From the NCBI RefSeq assembly GCF_036588685.1, contig NC_086382.1, forward strand, positions 47,554,001 to 47,618,000: a stretch of DNA of 64,000 bases, written 5' to 3'. The position numbers were made by a program, and so were the translations under genes. Under the pieces are notes generated by a model. The model was not told the origin of the DNA. It ran no database searches and saw nothing but the letters and a program-made list of their open reading frames with translations. The stretch is from Mytilus trossulus. Its lineage: Eukaryota. Below, piece after piece: positions 11,886-23,984 of this stretch. Each line of letters opens with the position of its first letter. The stretch's first letter is position 1.

Positions 11886-14800
11886 TTAATATGTAACTCG
11901 TTTCCTTGCTCTTATTCTGTTATACTTATTGTTTCCAAAGTTACCGACTGTTATCATTGGTGGGGCAGGCAAGCCATTTTCTTTGCTATAAATAGCACAT
12001 CTAAATAGATCACATGGAGACTCCCTCCATTCATAACGTAGACCTACAACGTGTTCGGTGTCAGCACATGCAGCATACCAAACTCTAACGGAGAATGCAT
12101 CATACTCAACTATAGGTGCTGGCATCCACTGAGAAGAGTTATCGAACTTATTGCAGACGGATCTGTTGTTTGTTGAACAGCACACCTGCAAAACGTTTGC
12201 AAAAAGTGTAAGAAAAACTACAATGTTATAAGTCAGAGTAACTTCTGGTATCAGAAATGGTTTTATATTATGATCTTGATTCATGTTTAACCAACACATA
12301 TTAAGTGCATGTGGCATGAGAAATTAAAGTCTTCAAAGTGGCATCGAAGGTATAACAATGATATAATTTAACCAATGCAGCAAAAATCTCTAAGATTTTT
12401 GATTTACTCATCTTGATGAATTTTAACCATAAGAAGAAATGCAATCCAGAAATTCTTTAAGGCACTTAATATCAAGAATACTTTTAACTGGATAAAAGTG
12501 ATATAAATATTTTTTCTAAACTAACAGTTAAGATGATATAATTGTTCTACCTCAAACCCTTCCATCGATCTTATATCCAAATGTGTACTTCTATTATCGT
12601 ATCCAATGCGTATAGTTTTATCTCCTTCGTGAAGTGAATATCCATCTGGCTGTGGTCCTTGATATCTTATGTTGGTATGCTTATTGTACGCAACAGCTAA
12701 AGCTGAAGTCAGCAGACGACTTGCAACGTCCTGTTTATATCGTGGATGTATACTGAAAATTTCAAAACGGGATGAAAAACAAACTTTATACAATCTATTC
12801 AATCATTTTGATAACAGCGTAGACAAGACCATTCTTGACTCGCTCGGGTTATCAATTGACTAGGTTAAATTAAGTTTAAGTGAAAGTTCGTCTGAATGCT
12901 CCATTTGTCATATCGTACGTGTAAAACAAAAAATCCAGTTTGAATGTATATAACAGTGTTAATATATACATTCAAACTGGATTTTTTGTTTGTTTGCCAA
13001 AGATTACAAACGCTAAAATCAAATAATACGAATAACTAGCAGAGGACTAATCCTTGTGTGTCGATTTAAATGTTAAATGCTTTAATTTTTTTTCTTCTCG
13101 TGCCCCTGCATGCACTTTACTCTTTTATTATGTTTAAATACCCATTGTAAGGCCTCTGACTGATATCCGATGACAAACCAGTTAAATAGAAATAATTCAG
13201 TATTTTTATAACACAAGTACTGCGGTTGTCTACGCTGTTATGAACATGATTCTATTTAATTAATGTACGATGGTGATCGTTTAATACACCCCTTCAAACA
13301 ATAAGGCCCTGAATAAAAGGCGTTAGATATGTATATCTTTTATAGTTCCTGTTCCTAAGAGATACTTTTATATGTATTGAAATTTCCTGGAGTTTTAGTT
13401 GTCGAGTATAACATACTTAAAGAATAAAGAATAATTATATACAAATGGTCAGATTACGCTTTAAACGAATAATGAAGATTAAAAAAGAAAGTCGCCAAGT
13501 TATTTCTTAATTTTATTACCTTCCATACGGGGATGAAAAATCTGGTAGATCCATAGCAACAGCCATAAAAACATTACTCATATAATAGTTCGGGACATAT
13601 CCCATGTCTGCTGTTTGGTGCCATCTTATATCAGGGAATCCAGTTGAAATGTCGTATTTTGATCGATCTCTGTTTGGTGCGAGCTTAAAAGTCATTATAA
13701 GTTTATAAAATTAATGCGATTATTGCGAATGCAAATAACAAATTATAAGAACTGCAAACATTTGATAAGCTATTAATGACATGTTATGTTGGTAAAACTG
13801 CAGACATTTGTTAAGCTATGAAGGACGTATGTTCGTCAAACAGCAGACAGTTGTTAAGCTACATGTATGAATAACATATGTTCTTAAAACAGCAGACATT
13901 TGTTAAGCGATGAATAACGTATATTCGTCAAACAGCAGACATTTGTTAAGCTATGAATAACGTATGTTCTTAAATCAGCAGACATCTGTTAAGCTATGAT
14001 TAACATATGTTCGTAAAACAGCAGACATTTGTTAAGCTATGAATAACGTATTACATATTAAATAAGGCCGTTAGTTTTTCTCGTTTGAATTGTTTTACAT
14101 TGTCTTATCGGGGCCTTTTATAGCTGACTATGCGGTATGGGCTTTGCTCATTGTTGAAGGCCGTTCGGTGACCTATAGTTGTTAATGTCTGTGTAATTTT
14201 GGTCTTTTGTGGATAGTTGTCTCATTGGCAATCATACCATATCTTCTTTCTTATATGTTCTTAAAACAGCAGACATTTGTTAAGCTATGAATAGCATATG
14301 TTCGTAAAACAGCATACATTTGTTAAGCTATGAATGACGTATGTTCGTAAACAGCAGACATTTTTTTAAGCTATGAATAACGTATGTTCGTAAATAGCAG
14401 ACATTTGTAAAGCTAGCTATGAATGACGTATGTTTGTCAAACAGCAGACATTTGATAAGCTATAATTACGTATATTCGTAAAACAGCAGACATTTGAATT
14501 TGCTATAAATGACGTATGTTTGTCAAACAGCAGACATTTGTTAAGCTATGAAAAACGTGTGTTCGTAAAACAGCAGACATTTGTTTAGCTATGAAGATGT
14601 ATGTTCGTAAAACAGCAGACAGTTGTTAAGCTATCATGATTAACGTTCGTAAAACTGTATTTTTTATATAGCTATGTGTACAACTAACTATTTTAAACTA
14701 TAAAAAGAGATACTTTTCATAGTGGTATTAACTAGCTTCATGGAATTATCAGCTATTTGTTTACAGAATAAAAAGAATTAGGTAATAAACCTATATGTAC

Positions 14801-17800
14801 TTTAATTTCATACCTGAACAAATCCGAAAGGGAATAGGCTATTTGTTTGACCATCAGAATTCGTGGTAAATTGTTTCCTCCAATCTGCAATCATTTCAGG
14901 AAAAGTACAGTTATATGTATCTGGACTGCCAGCGTTAGCCTCTCCTGTAAAAAAAGATTGAAAATAATAGTTTAACCTATTTTAAACAAACGTATGAAAG
15001 GTGTTTTGTTTAAATACTACAGAAAACAAAATTGATACGGGGAATGTGTGAAAGAGACAACGACCACTCTAAAGAGATGATATTGAAAATATTTTGGGAC
15101 AAAATGACTGTATGTCTTTAACTCCAATTAATTTTATTATTTGTCTGAAATTATAGACACAAAATTTCAGGACTCGTTTTTTAATAAACGTTTGCTAACT
15201 TTATAATTTTCATTTGCTTTCAAAAGGCTTTCGAACCATGGTGACCTTCAATTAACATATACTATATAAATGGAAAAAAAAAATTGGTGTGTATCATATT
15301 TATGATAACAATAAAAAAAGACCCATTATAAATCAAAGCTTTAAAATGTGACTTTTTTTATTGCATTACGTACATTTACTTTGAAGTACAGTTTTCGAAA
15401 ATATAACATAGTACGGTTTAACGGTGATTTTCCAGATTCTCTTTTTATTAGTACATGTAAATGCAGAAAATCGTGCAATTTACAGCCGATTTCACAGAGT
15501 GTGTATCTAAAGGTAATATCTTTGGTTAGCTTGCTTGCTAACTGAACCGTGAAATCATTATTAGGTCAGGTAAACTACCCTTCATTAAGAGTAGTGAAGT
15601 CCGACAGATAACCAGTCTATCTGTCTGTAGAACTAAGCTGCTTCGAAATGAGGGTAGTATACCTAAGCACCTAATAATGATTACACGGTTCAGCTAGCAA
15701 GCAAGCTAACTCAATATATTACCTTTCAAATTAGATAAACACGCTATGAAATCGGCTGTAAGACTACGAGGAAGTTAGAATGTAAAATCTAAGATTTACT
15801 TTACCTTGATACCAAACAACACCATATATGGTCAATCTTGTAAAAGGCGCCATCATTGCATTCCAAAGAGATGAATGTGTTAGAGTAAGGCTACAATTAT
15901 TAAGTTAAACGTATTATAATACATGTAATCGTAGCTATTTTAAAACAGTTCAAATCCTCCCAAGCAAATATTAAATTTATCTATAATGACCATATGATAT
16001 TTTATCAGCCACTATGTAAAAATCAGATAAGCACATGGAGCATATAATTGAAAGTCAAGAGAAACAAGTTATTTTGTACGTTCATAATTTATAACAAGAG
16101 GCTGTCACAACGACAGCAAACCGGATTTATTAATATTTATTTGTGTCACAATATCACAAGAACAATTACTGATGAATGGTGAAAGTGAAAATCGTCATTA
16201 TCAAATTTGACCTCCATTTTGTCATCAGTATCAACATATTAAAATTTGAAAAGCTTAGATTGAATGGTTCATGAGAAATGCACGGACACGACTGGAAACA
16301 CCATTTTTTAATATTTCAAGCACTATCATCTCCTGAACAGTAAAAGTCAAAATGGTCATTATTGAACTTGACCTCCATTTTGTTATCAGTAACAACATAT
16401 TAAAATTTGGGAACCTTTGGTAGAACAGTTCATGCGTAAATGCACGGACACAACTGGAAACTCCATTTTTCAATCTTTCAAGAACCATAACTCCTGAACG
16501 GTAAAGGTCAAAATCGTCATTATTGAACTTGACCTCCATTTTGTCATCAGTAGCAACATATTAAAATTTGGCAAGCTTTGGTAGAACAGTTCATGCGTAA
16601 ATGCACGGACACGACTGGAAACTCCATTTTTTAAACTTTCAAGAACCATAACTGCTGAACGGTAAAAGTCAAAATCGTCATTATTGAACTTGACCTTCAT
16701 TTAGTTGTCAGTAACAACATATTAAAATTTCAAAAGCTTTGGTTGAGCAGTTCATGAGTTAATGCACGGACAACATTTGATTGCCGCCCGCCAGGCCGCC
16801 CGCCAGACCGCCCGCCGTACATCCCCAAAACAATTTTGTCACAAAAATCCGGTTAAAAATAATATTCCATTCAAAGAGTCCCATCTTCTAAGCCTTTGTA
16901 TGTACTTGTACTATTAGCTCCAGTATTATTTTTTAATATTTTGAAGTTTGAGGACGTCTTCATTTCATTTTACAGAAGGAGCAGTAAATAGGTATAGGAA
17001 GATGTGGTATGAGTGCCAATGAGACAACTCTCCATCCAAATAACAATTTATAAAAGAAAACCATTATAGGTCAAGGTACGCATATTTCAAGTTTTAAGAA
17101 TCTCACACTATAACACAAACGGTAGAACAATTTAATGATTTTGTTTTTCTTTGACGGTAGATGTATTGATATACTTCTTACTTGTCTGGTTTTCCTTCCT
17201 TTATACCGCACTTAGCTAAGGCATTAGCCGATGACCACGATTCAATAGCTGTACCACCCCATGCTGACGTAATAAGACCAATAGGATATCCCCTGTTCTG
17301 GTAAAGAAGCTTGCCATACAACCAACAAACGGCAGAGAAATACGTCCATGGTTTATGTCCTACTGTATCTGAAGTATTGTATTTAAATCTTTAAGACTTT
17401 TGATGGAAATTTGTTGAATGTTTATTATTATTGAATTAGAAGTGTAATTCGTCAAATGTATTACAGGAATACATTTATGTGTTAACAAAAAAATCTATCT
17501 CATTAGTCTTATATAATATATGATGTTTCATTGGTGATGTGAAATCAGTGTTACATGGGTTAGTGCTAAAAAATCCAATTTAAAGCAAGCAATGTAAACA
17601 TGCAATTAGATTTTTATAGGTCTATTAAATTTTGTTTTATAAATTATAGATTTATGTTTATCGTTGCTTTTACCTCTTTAAGAAAGAATTTTGGGGGATC
17701 GAATTAGTCAATCAAATTCTTTACCTTTGTTTCACTTTCTATGTTGACATTCTTTTCCTTTAAATAACCATATACACGTGCAATGCATTCGTATACTATC

Positions 17801-20800
17801 TCTTTCTACGAGGTTAAATTGAAGTTCACATGAATACGAATTTAATGAGGTTGAGTTTTTCACTTGCAAGTGAATAATTCGTTACAAATGTTTATTAGTG
17901 GTTTTTTTTTACAAAATTGAACCCTTTTAGCTGATAAAAGCAAATTATTATTTCACTATTCCACTCTCATTATATTTTTAATGATTGAACAAAAAAAAAT
18001 ATATTTTAGATTTTATATATATCTTGTAGCTAGTGCCCCTTTAAGCACTACATTTAGGCTTTTTCGTGGCGGCCAGTTTTAATTGGTGGAGGAAGCCGGA
18101 GTGTCCGGAGAAAATCACCGACCTTCGATAGGAAAACTGACAATCCTAGTCATTTAGGCATCAACCATTTGATTTTCGGGGGGGGGGCTATGGATTTTTT
18201 TTCTGAACAATTTTTTTTGGCAAAAAACAATCTATTTTTTTTCCAACAAGTCGAAAACAATTTTTCTTTTTCAATTTTAGCATTACATATAGTGGCAGCT
18301 GAGGGTCAAACAAACAATTTTTTTTCTCAGGGTCAAAAACAAATTATTTTTTTCTCCAAAGACTGGAAACAAACATGGATTTTTTTTCCAAAAAAATCCA
18401 TAGCCCCCCCCCCCCCCCCAGAAAATCAAATGGTTGCTGCCTTAAGATTGGAGTCGACTACACCACACGAGCGGGGTTCGAACTTACAACCTCAGTGTTG
18501 ACTGGCTAGTGATTACAATAGTAACTAATTAGACCACTCGGCCACCGAGGCACCAAAAAAGCGTTTTTACTTTATTAGCATTGACACTTTTTAAAAATTG
18601 AACTGATCATAGACTTGTGTTTATTGTATACATTTTCAAAAAAACACCGAACATACCTTGGCTCGGAATTGACCATGGCTCTGCAACTCCTTTCAGATCT
18701 GTGAGTGGTGTATCAGATGTTTCTTGAGAGGCTGTAAAAACCCTGATATGCGAGTAGTTTTTTGCTTCCTGCATTTCAGCTTGTGCATCATTGGCCTGAA
18801 TGTTTTAAACACATTTTGTACATGCTATTATATTTATTAATCTCTATCTAAAATTTTGTTCTAAAAGAATAACTTGATGAGAGAAGTAGCAACCAAACAG
18901 CAAAACAAAAGAAAAACAATTCCATTAATACATAATCTTCAATAATTACAGTACAAATGTATAGACAAGTGTCTATATGTATGATTGTAAAAAAGAAAAA
19001 CAAGACCAGTAATTCTGATCGATGTACAAATAAACGCAAGTTAAGCACTAGAGTAGTACGTACCATGTCAAGTGTGAAGACCATATTGCTTTGACCGGAA
19101 CATATCCAGATGTCACCGAACAAGACATTTTTTAACATAATGCTTTTGTTTTGTGACTTCGCCGTAATGTTGTAAGTAGAGTTAGTGTCCTTTATAGGTG
19201 GTAACTTTACACTCCACGTATTTTGTTCTGTGACAGTAGTGGTGACGGCTTCATGATCGAATCCTGTAACAACCACGTCGCTACCAACATGTTCACCATA
19301 TCCCCATACTGTGGCTGCCTGTGGAGCTTTCTGTAGAACCATATTATCTCCATAGTATGCAGCAAATGAGAATGTAAAGTTTCCAACTAATTTAAAAGTA
19401 CAAAAAAAAAGATCTTCACAAAAATAACTAGAAGCTCCAATAACACGAATAGCTCACATGTGTCTTTCTAAGGAATATTATAAAGACCAAGTTTCTTTTT
19501 TTTTCAGTTACTTTTTTTAGTTCTTAAGATAGTAGCCTAAAGTTTAAATAGACAAGACAAGTTTATTAATATACTCGGGCACATATTGTGTGCAACATGT
19601 TATCATTCCTGCAGAAAATCTTAATGATCTTAATGTGTCTTTATAGATAGTACATTGTTATAAGACTAAGATTTTTCTGTTCACATTTTTACATATTTAT
19701 TTTTTATTTTAGTTTTTAAGACAAATTAGCCAAAAAATTCAAAAGTTTAACTGGCATTCTTTTTAGGATCTGGTAAAATTTTCGTCTTGTTTGGCCATTG
19801 GTGATCGTATCTTGCTAATAATATTTGCTGTTTATATTTCGCTTTGTCAACTATACTTTTCAAGATTATAAACAACGGAAAATAGACCAATAATAGCCAT
19901 TAAAGTCAATAACGCACTAGTAAAAGTAAATTAACAATCTTGTTGTGTTGACCTATTGTAAGATCCTGATCAATATTGCTCGTCAAAGTTTCTCTTTTCG
20001 GAACAAATTCAAGATAATAGCCTAATCAACAAAATTTCCAAGAAAATGTGCATCATATGACTTTTATGTTATCTTGATTTCAACAACTACTGCAAAGTGG
20101 CAATAACTAATTTCGGTCTACTGGCCTATATCTAGCTGTTGTATTGCGGGTCATGTTAATAAAAATTAGGAAAAAACATGTTCCTAAAAATAAGGATATT
20201 AAGAGTTTAAATGAAGTGGGTGTAAGCAATTGTAGGCGACCGCATGGCCGTTTCCAAACTGCGTGTTCAGCTAAAAAGGACCCGAAATGACAATATTGTA
20301 AAAAAACATCAAACGAGATAAACTATATAACGATCTATGTACAAAATAATAAACAAAATAAAATGTGATATACAGCATGAAATAAACGACAACAAAACGC
20401 TTTTGGTCCTATGTAAAAAGTAAGAAGCAAGAACCAGATGGAATATCACCTCTATTGAATAAATATGTTTTTTTACACAGCGACAGTCATTCCAAAGCTG
20501 AAATCCTGAACACAGAAGAGGACCTAACCACTATGCCTGATAAAGGCCCAAGCCAATATGAAAGCATGAATGACATCCGGATCAATGAAATGCGCATCAT
20601 CAAGCTATTGAAAGGACTAAATCAATACAAAGCGTCTGGTCCATACCAAATACCAACCCGGTTCCTGAACACATGTGCAGCTGAGATCTCACCAGCACCC
20701 ACTCTACTATTCCAGTATTCCATCAACTCAGGGACTGTCCCATCAGACTGGAGAGAAGCTCTTATTACACCGCTTTTTAAGAAAGGGGAGCGCAATGTTC

Positions 20801-23251
20801 CATCAAATTACAGACCATTGTCCCTTACACCAGTTGTCAGCAAAGCTCTTGAACATGTCGTTTATTCAACCATCATGGACATCTAGATAATTTCAAGATT
20901 CTGACAGATTGCCATCATGGATTCCGCTCTAAGCATCGTGTGAATCACAGTTGTCATTAACAATCCAAGGGATAGCAGAAAAACTGAAAACAGGGAGAGA
21001 TAAGGTTGACATAATACTACTGGATTTTGCCAAGGCTTTCGACAAAGTGCCACACCAACGCCTTTTGTATAAGCTAGGTTTTTATGTGATTAGAGGTATC
21101 ACTCCAAAATGGATTTCATCATTTTTGTGATCTCGAACTCGGAAGAGTGATAGTAGAAGGCTCTACCTCAGAGAATCTAGATGTTCTTTCTGGAGTTCCT
21201 CAAGGCACTGTCCTAGGTCCCCTTTCGTTCCTGGTATACATTAACGACCTGCCTGACACAGTATCATCTTCTGCAGTTCGCCTTTTTGCCGATGACAGCT
21301 TGTTATATAAGCACATCAGGAATCAAGCAGATGCAAATAACCTTCAACAAAATTGACTGCCCTAGAGCAATGGGAACATGTATGGCAGATGAGCTTTCAC
21401 CCTGCTAAATGCACAGTCATCAGAATAGGAACCAACCGAGAAAAAAACACCTACATGGACACCAACTCGAAGTTGTGGACAGCAGCAAATATCTTGGTGT
21501 TACTCTTAGCGAAGACCTAACTTGGAAAAAGCTAGCAGAGGTAACAGCAGCCAAAGCATCAATAACTCTAGGATTCTTGCACCACAACTTCAGGGACTGT
21601 AACAAAACAGTCCGAGAAACAACCTACAGATCCATGATACGACCATCATTAGAGTATGCGTCTGCTGTATGGGACCCATACAAAGTGGAAGACATAAACC
21701 GACTCGACAAAGTGCAAAGAAGGGGAGCCCGTTAGTCTGTAAAAACTACAGAGATAAAACCCCTTGATGTGTCACCAACATGATTCAGCTTCTCATATGG
21801 GAATCATTACAAGATCGACGTAAGGACCGTCGCCTATTGATCATGTACAAGGCCATTAATGGCATGATTTCCATACCAGAAGCTAACAGTATCATCAACA
21901 AAAGTGACAACAGAACCAGAGGGGCAAACAGATTGAGGCAGATCTACACCAAAACAGAAGTGTACAGACAATCCTTCTTTTCTCGCACTATCTAGAATTG
22001 GAACCAGCTACCAAGTTGCAACAACGGTGACCAACTCAACCACTATGGACGACTTCAAGGCTAGCCTCCATGCAGGCAGCGGATGCCCTGAGGACAACCG
22101 CATAAACCACCATTTGATGTAGATAGTTATAACTGTAAATACAACTAGCTTTTAATTTGTACATATTAAACCTTTGTGGAGAGTGTCTCCCTCAGACCTA
22201 CGCCTGGTCAATATTTACAGTCGTCTACGACTCCTGACCATTATTGGTAGATGAGATGAGTGAATAACAGAGGTCTGACTTGGGACAGGCACATACAAAA
22301 TGTTACAAAAATTGAAGGCGAAATCCAACCCCTAACGGACAGTAGTGTTACAATACAAAAAAAAAACTATTAACAAAAATTTGTCCCTAGTACTCGTATG
22401 CCCCATCCACATTATAATTTTCTATGTTCAGTGGACCGTGAAAATGGAGTCAAAACTCTAAATTTGGTATTAAAAATTGGAAAGTTCATATCATAAGGAA
22501 CATGTATACTAAGTTTCTAGTTGATTGGACTTCAACTTCATCAAAAACTAACATGACCCAAAACTTTAACCTGAAGCGGGACAGACGGACGAATGAACGA
22601 ACAAACGGACGCAGACTAGAAAACATATTGCCATAAATTGGGCATAAAAAATAAGCTCATAAGGGATATTTGAACAAATATCAAATCAATACATAGAAGA
22701 AAGACATCATACAAACAAACAAAAAACAACAAAAGAAACACACCGGACATGGCAGGAAACTAAAGTACATCATCCACAACAAAAAAAGACACCAAGGACA
22801 GACCTAATCGACTAGCACTTACTGACGGCTGAAGTTAATTGTTTGAATTTGTTTCCATATGTTACAATTTATAGTGATAAATAATCAAATATGGACCATT
22901 AATACAGAACGAATTGAACTTAAAAATAAAATTAATACAATTGACTGAGAAATCTTAGATTAAACAAACAATCAAAAACGGGATTTTTCTTGTCTTGAAT
23001 ATGATACAAAAAAGAATGCGGACACGAATTTTGTCATACTGATTTATGCTATGACAGGGAAAGGGGCGGTAACTGAAGAAAAAAAATCAACGTGAAATAT
23101 AGATATTTCATGACTCAACAATATGTTTTTCTTCTTAAACTTTGCATGTGAAAATTAAAATCTCACCGTCTTTTCTCCTTGTGCTTCTCATACAACTGGA
23201 TACAGTTACACAGAAAAATATGATCAACGAAATAATAAGAAGAATTCGCAT
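11886..23251 (-). CDS. SIAE: Sialate O-acetylesterase (SGNH-type), ~538 aa, 9 exons: 23251-23167, 19386-19064, 18795-18657, 17368-17182, 15890-15805, 14944-14814, 13683-13520, 12752-12551, 12185-11886
   Basis: Signal peptide MRILLIISLIIFFCVTVSS. Family motifs present: FAAYYGDNMVLQKAP, GDIWICSGQSNM (catalytic Ser), FSAVCWLYG, PIGLITSAWGGTAIESWS, LWNAMMAP..GVVWYQGEAN, YNCTFPEMIADWR..FPFGFVQL, IRWHQTADMGYVPN..FMAVAMDL..SPYGSIHPRYKQDVASRL (catalytic His), GLRYEWRESPC, GLPAPP. All 8 introns are GT-AG with matching phases; total 1617 nt. Confidence 0.95.
12924..12991. repeat. Perfect inverted repeat, 29-bp arms and 10-nt loop, in SIAE intron 7
   Basis: AAACAAAAAATCCAGTTTGAATGTATATA-acagtgttaa-TATATACATTCAAACTGGATTTTTTGTTT. 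Confidence 0.9.
13795..14660. repeat. 43-bp minisatellite (~15 copies) interrupted by an interspersed repeat at ~14050-14255
   Basis: Unit AAACAGCAGACATTTGTTAAGCTATGAATAACGTATGTTCGTA. Confidence 0.9.
14050..14255 (-). mobile_element. Abundant SINE-like interspersed repeat (other fragments near 3445, 16995, 20220, 30000, 60007)
   Basis: Shared core AAGAAGATGTGGTATGATTGCCAATGAGACAACT..ATAGGTCACCG..GGCCTTCAACAATGAGCA seen in several copies on both strands. Confidence 0.65.
15483..15758. mobile_element. Palindromic MITE with TA target duplication (Tc1/mariner-like); partial copy at ~446-606
   Basis: ta|CAGCCGATTTCA ... TGAAATCGGCTG|ta with long internal inverted arms (GTTAGCTTGCTTGCTA / TAGCAAGCAAGCTAAC). 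Confidence 0.8.
16092..16860 (-). mobile_element. Helentron-associated element with ~161-bp internal tandem repeats (4 copies)
   Basis: Terminal hairpin GCTGTCacaacGACAGC; subterminal inverted repeat AACCGGATTT / AAATCCGGTT; (CGCC)n microsatellite near 16785; TTGACCT(C/T)CATTT recurs about every 161 bp. Confidence 0.7.
18042..18553 (-). mobile_element. tRNA-derived SINE, near full length, interrupted by a MITE
   Basis: Minus-strand box A GGTGGCCGAGTGGTC and box B GTTCGAACCC; body matches 5454-5625. Confidence 0.8.
18157..18441. mobile_element. PIF/Harbinger-like MITE with TTA target duplication
   Basis: tta|GGCATCAACCATTTGATTTTC..GGGGGCTATGGATTTTTT ... AAAAAATCCATAGCCCCC..GAAAATCAAATGGTTGCTGCC|tta. 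Confidence 0.85.
20393..22260 (+). mobile_element. Degenerate 5'-truncated non-LTR retrotransposon (CR1/L2-group RT) in SIAE intron 1
   Basis: RT motifs across broken frames: KASGP..IPTRFL, VPSDWREALITPLFKKG..PSNYRPLSLT, LDFAKAFDKVPH, SGVPQGTVLGP..YINDLP, RLFADD, KYLGVTL, LEYASAVWDPY..KVQRR, SFFSRTI. Several stops and frameshifts. Confidence 0.92.
22372..22652 (-). mobile_element. Short Helentron-associated element, same family as 25248-25708
   Basis: Shares the GTTGATTGGACTTCAACTTCATCAAAAACTA body, a (GAAC/GGAC)n microsatellite and a terminal hairpin with the copy at 25248-25708. Confidence 0.6.
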
Positions 23252-23984
23252 CTTTGTCGTGTGACAACAGCTACACACATAGATTTGAGTTTATTTGTTT
23301 ATCATGTTAGTGGTTAATCGACCTTGTATCGGTGATTATGTTACTATTTTTAAATTGAAAACTATTCACTTTTAAGTCAATAATTGAATATACTGATTTT
23401 AGTTTATGTTGTTAGAGCGGATATCGTTGAGTGTGTAGCATGTAATTACTGTTATACTGTTCTTTTATAAATGTGTTGTAAATTTTTACTTTTACTGTTT
23501 AGCATTTTTTTTTTTTGTACATTGTAATATAAATTTTGTATTCTTGTCAATCTTTTTTGCTTTGTCTATATATGCCTTTATGTTTTTCTTAATTGACATA
23601 ATTGTTTGATTTATAGTGGTTAAGATTATAACATAATGTTGACTGATGTACCCCTATATTTGACATTTTTATCAATTATGTCTGTTTGTTTTGTTCACAC
23701 ATTGTTGTCAATATAATAGAGTTTCATGCAATAAGTTGTCTATACAAAGATGTGCTGTACCACCTCCTTAACCTCAGGAATCGTAATAATGGATTGTAAA
23801 ACAGCATGATACACAATCGATCTATTTTTTAGCTCAAATCAGCAAACTTTTAGAATACATGTAGAATATATTGTGATAATACTATTTATTAGAAAATCTA
23901 CAGTATTTCAACGTATTTTTTCATCATAGTTTTTTTTTGTTTATTTCACAAATACATTTAAAGCAATAACTTTGTCCAAATCTT

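Noticed and set aside
13795-14660. CRISPR-like appearance of the 43-bp and 41-bp arrays
   Set aside because: Units are contiguous with no unique spacers, there are no cas genes, and the context is eukaryotic.
16255-16700. Duplicated ORFs (VKFNNDDFD...)
   Set aside because: They arise from the 161-bp tandem repeats of a non-autonomous element.
18460-18550. tRNA gene
   Set aside because: Box A and B are present but I cannot fold a cloverleaf, and the sequence continues into a SINE body found twice in the window.
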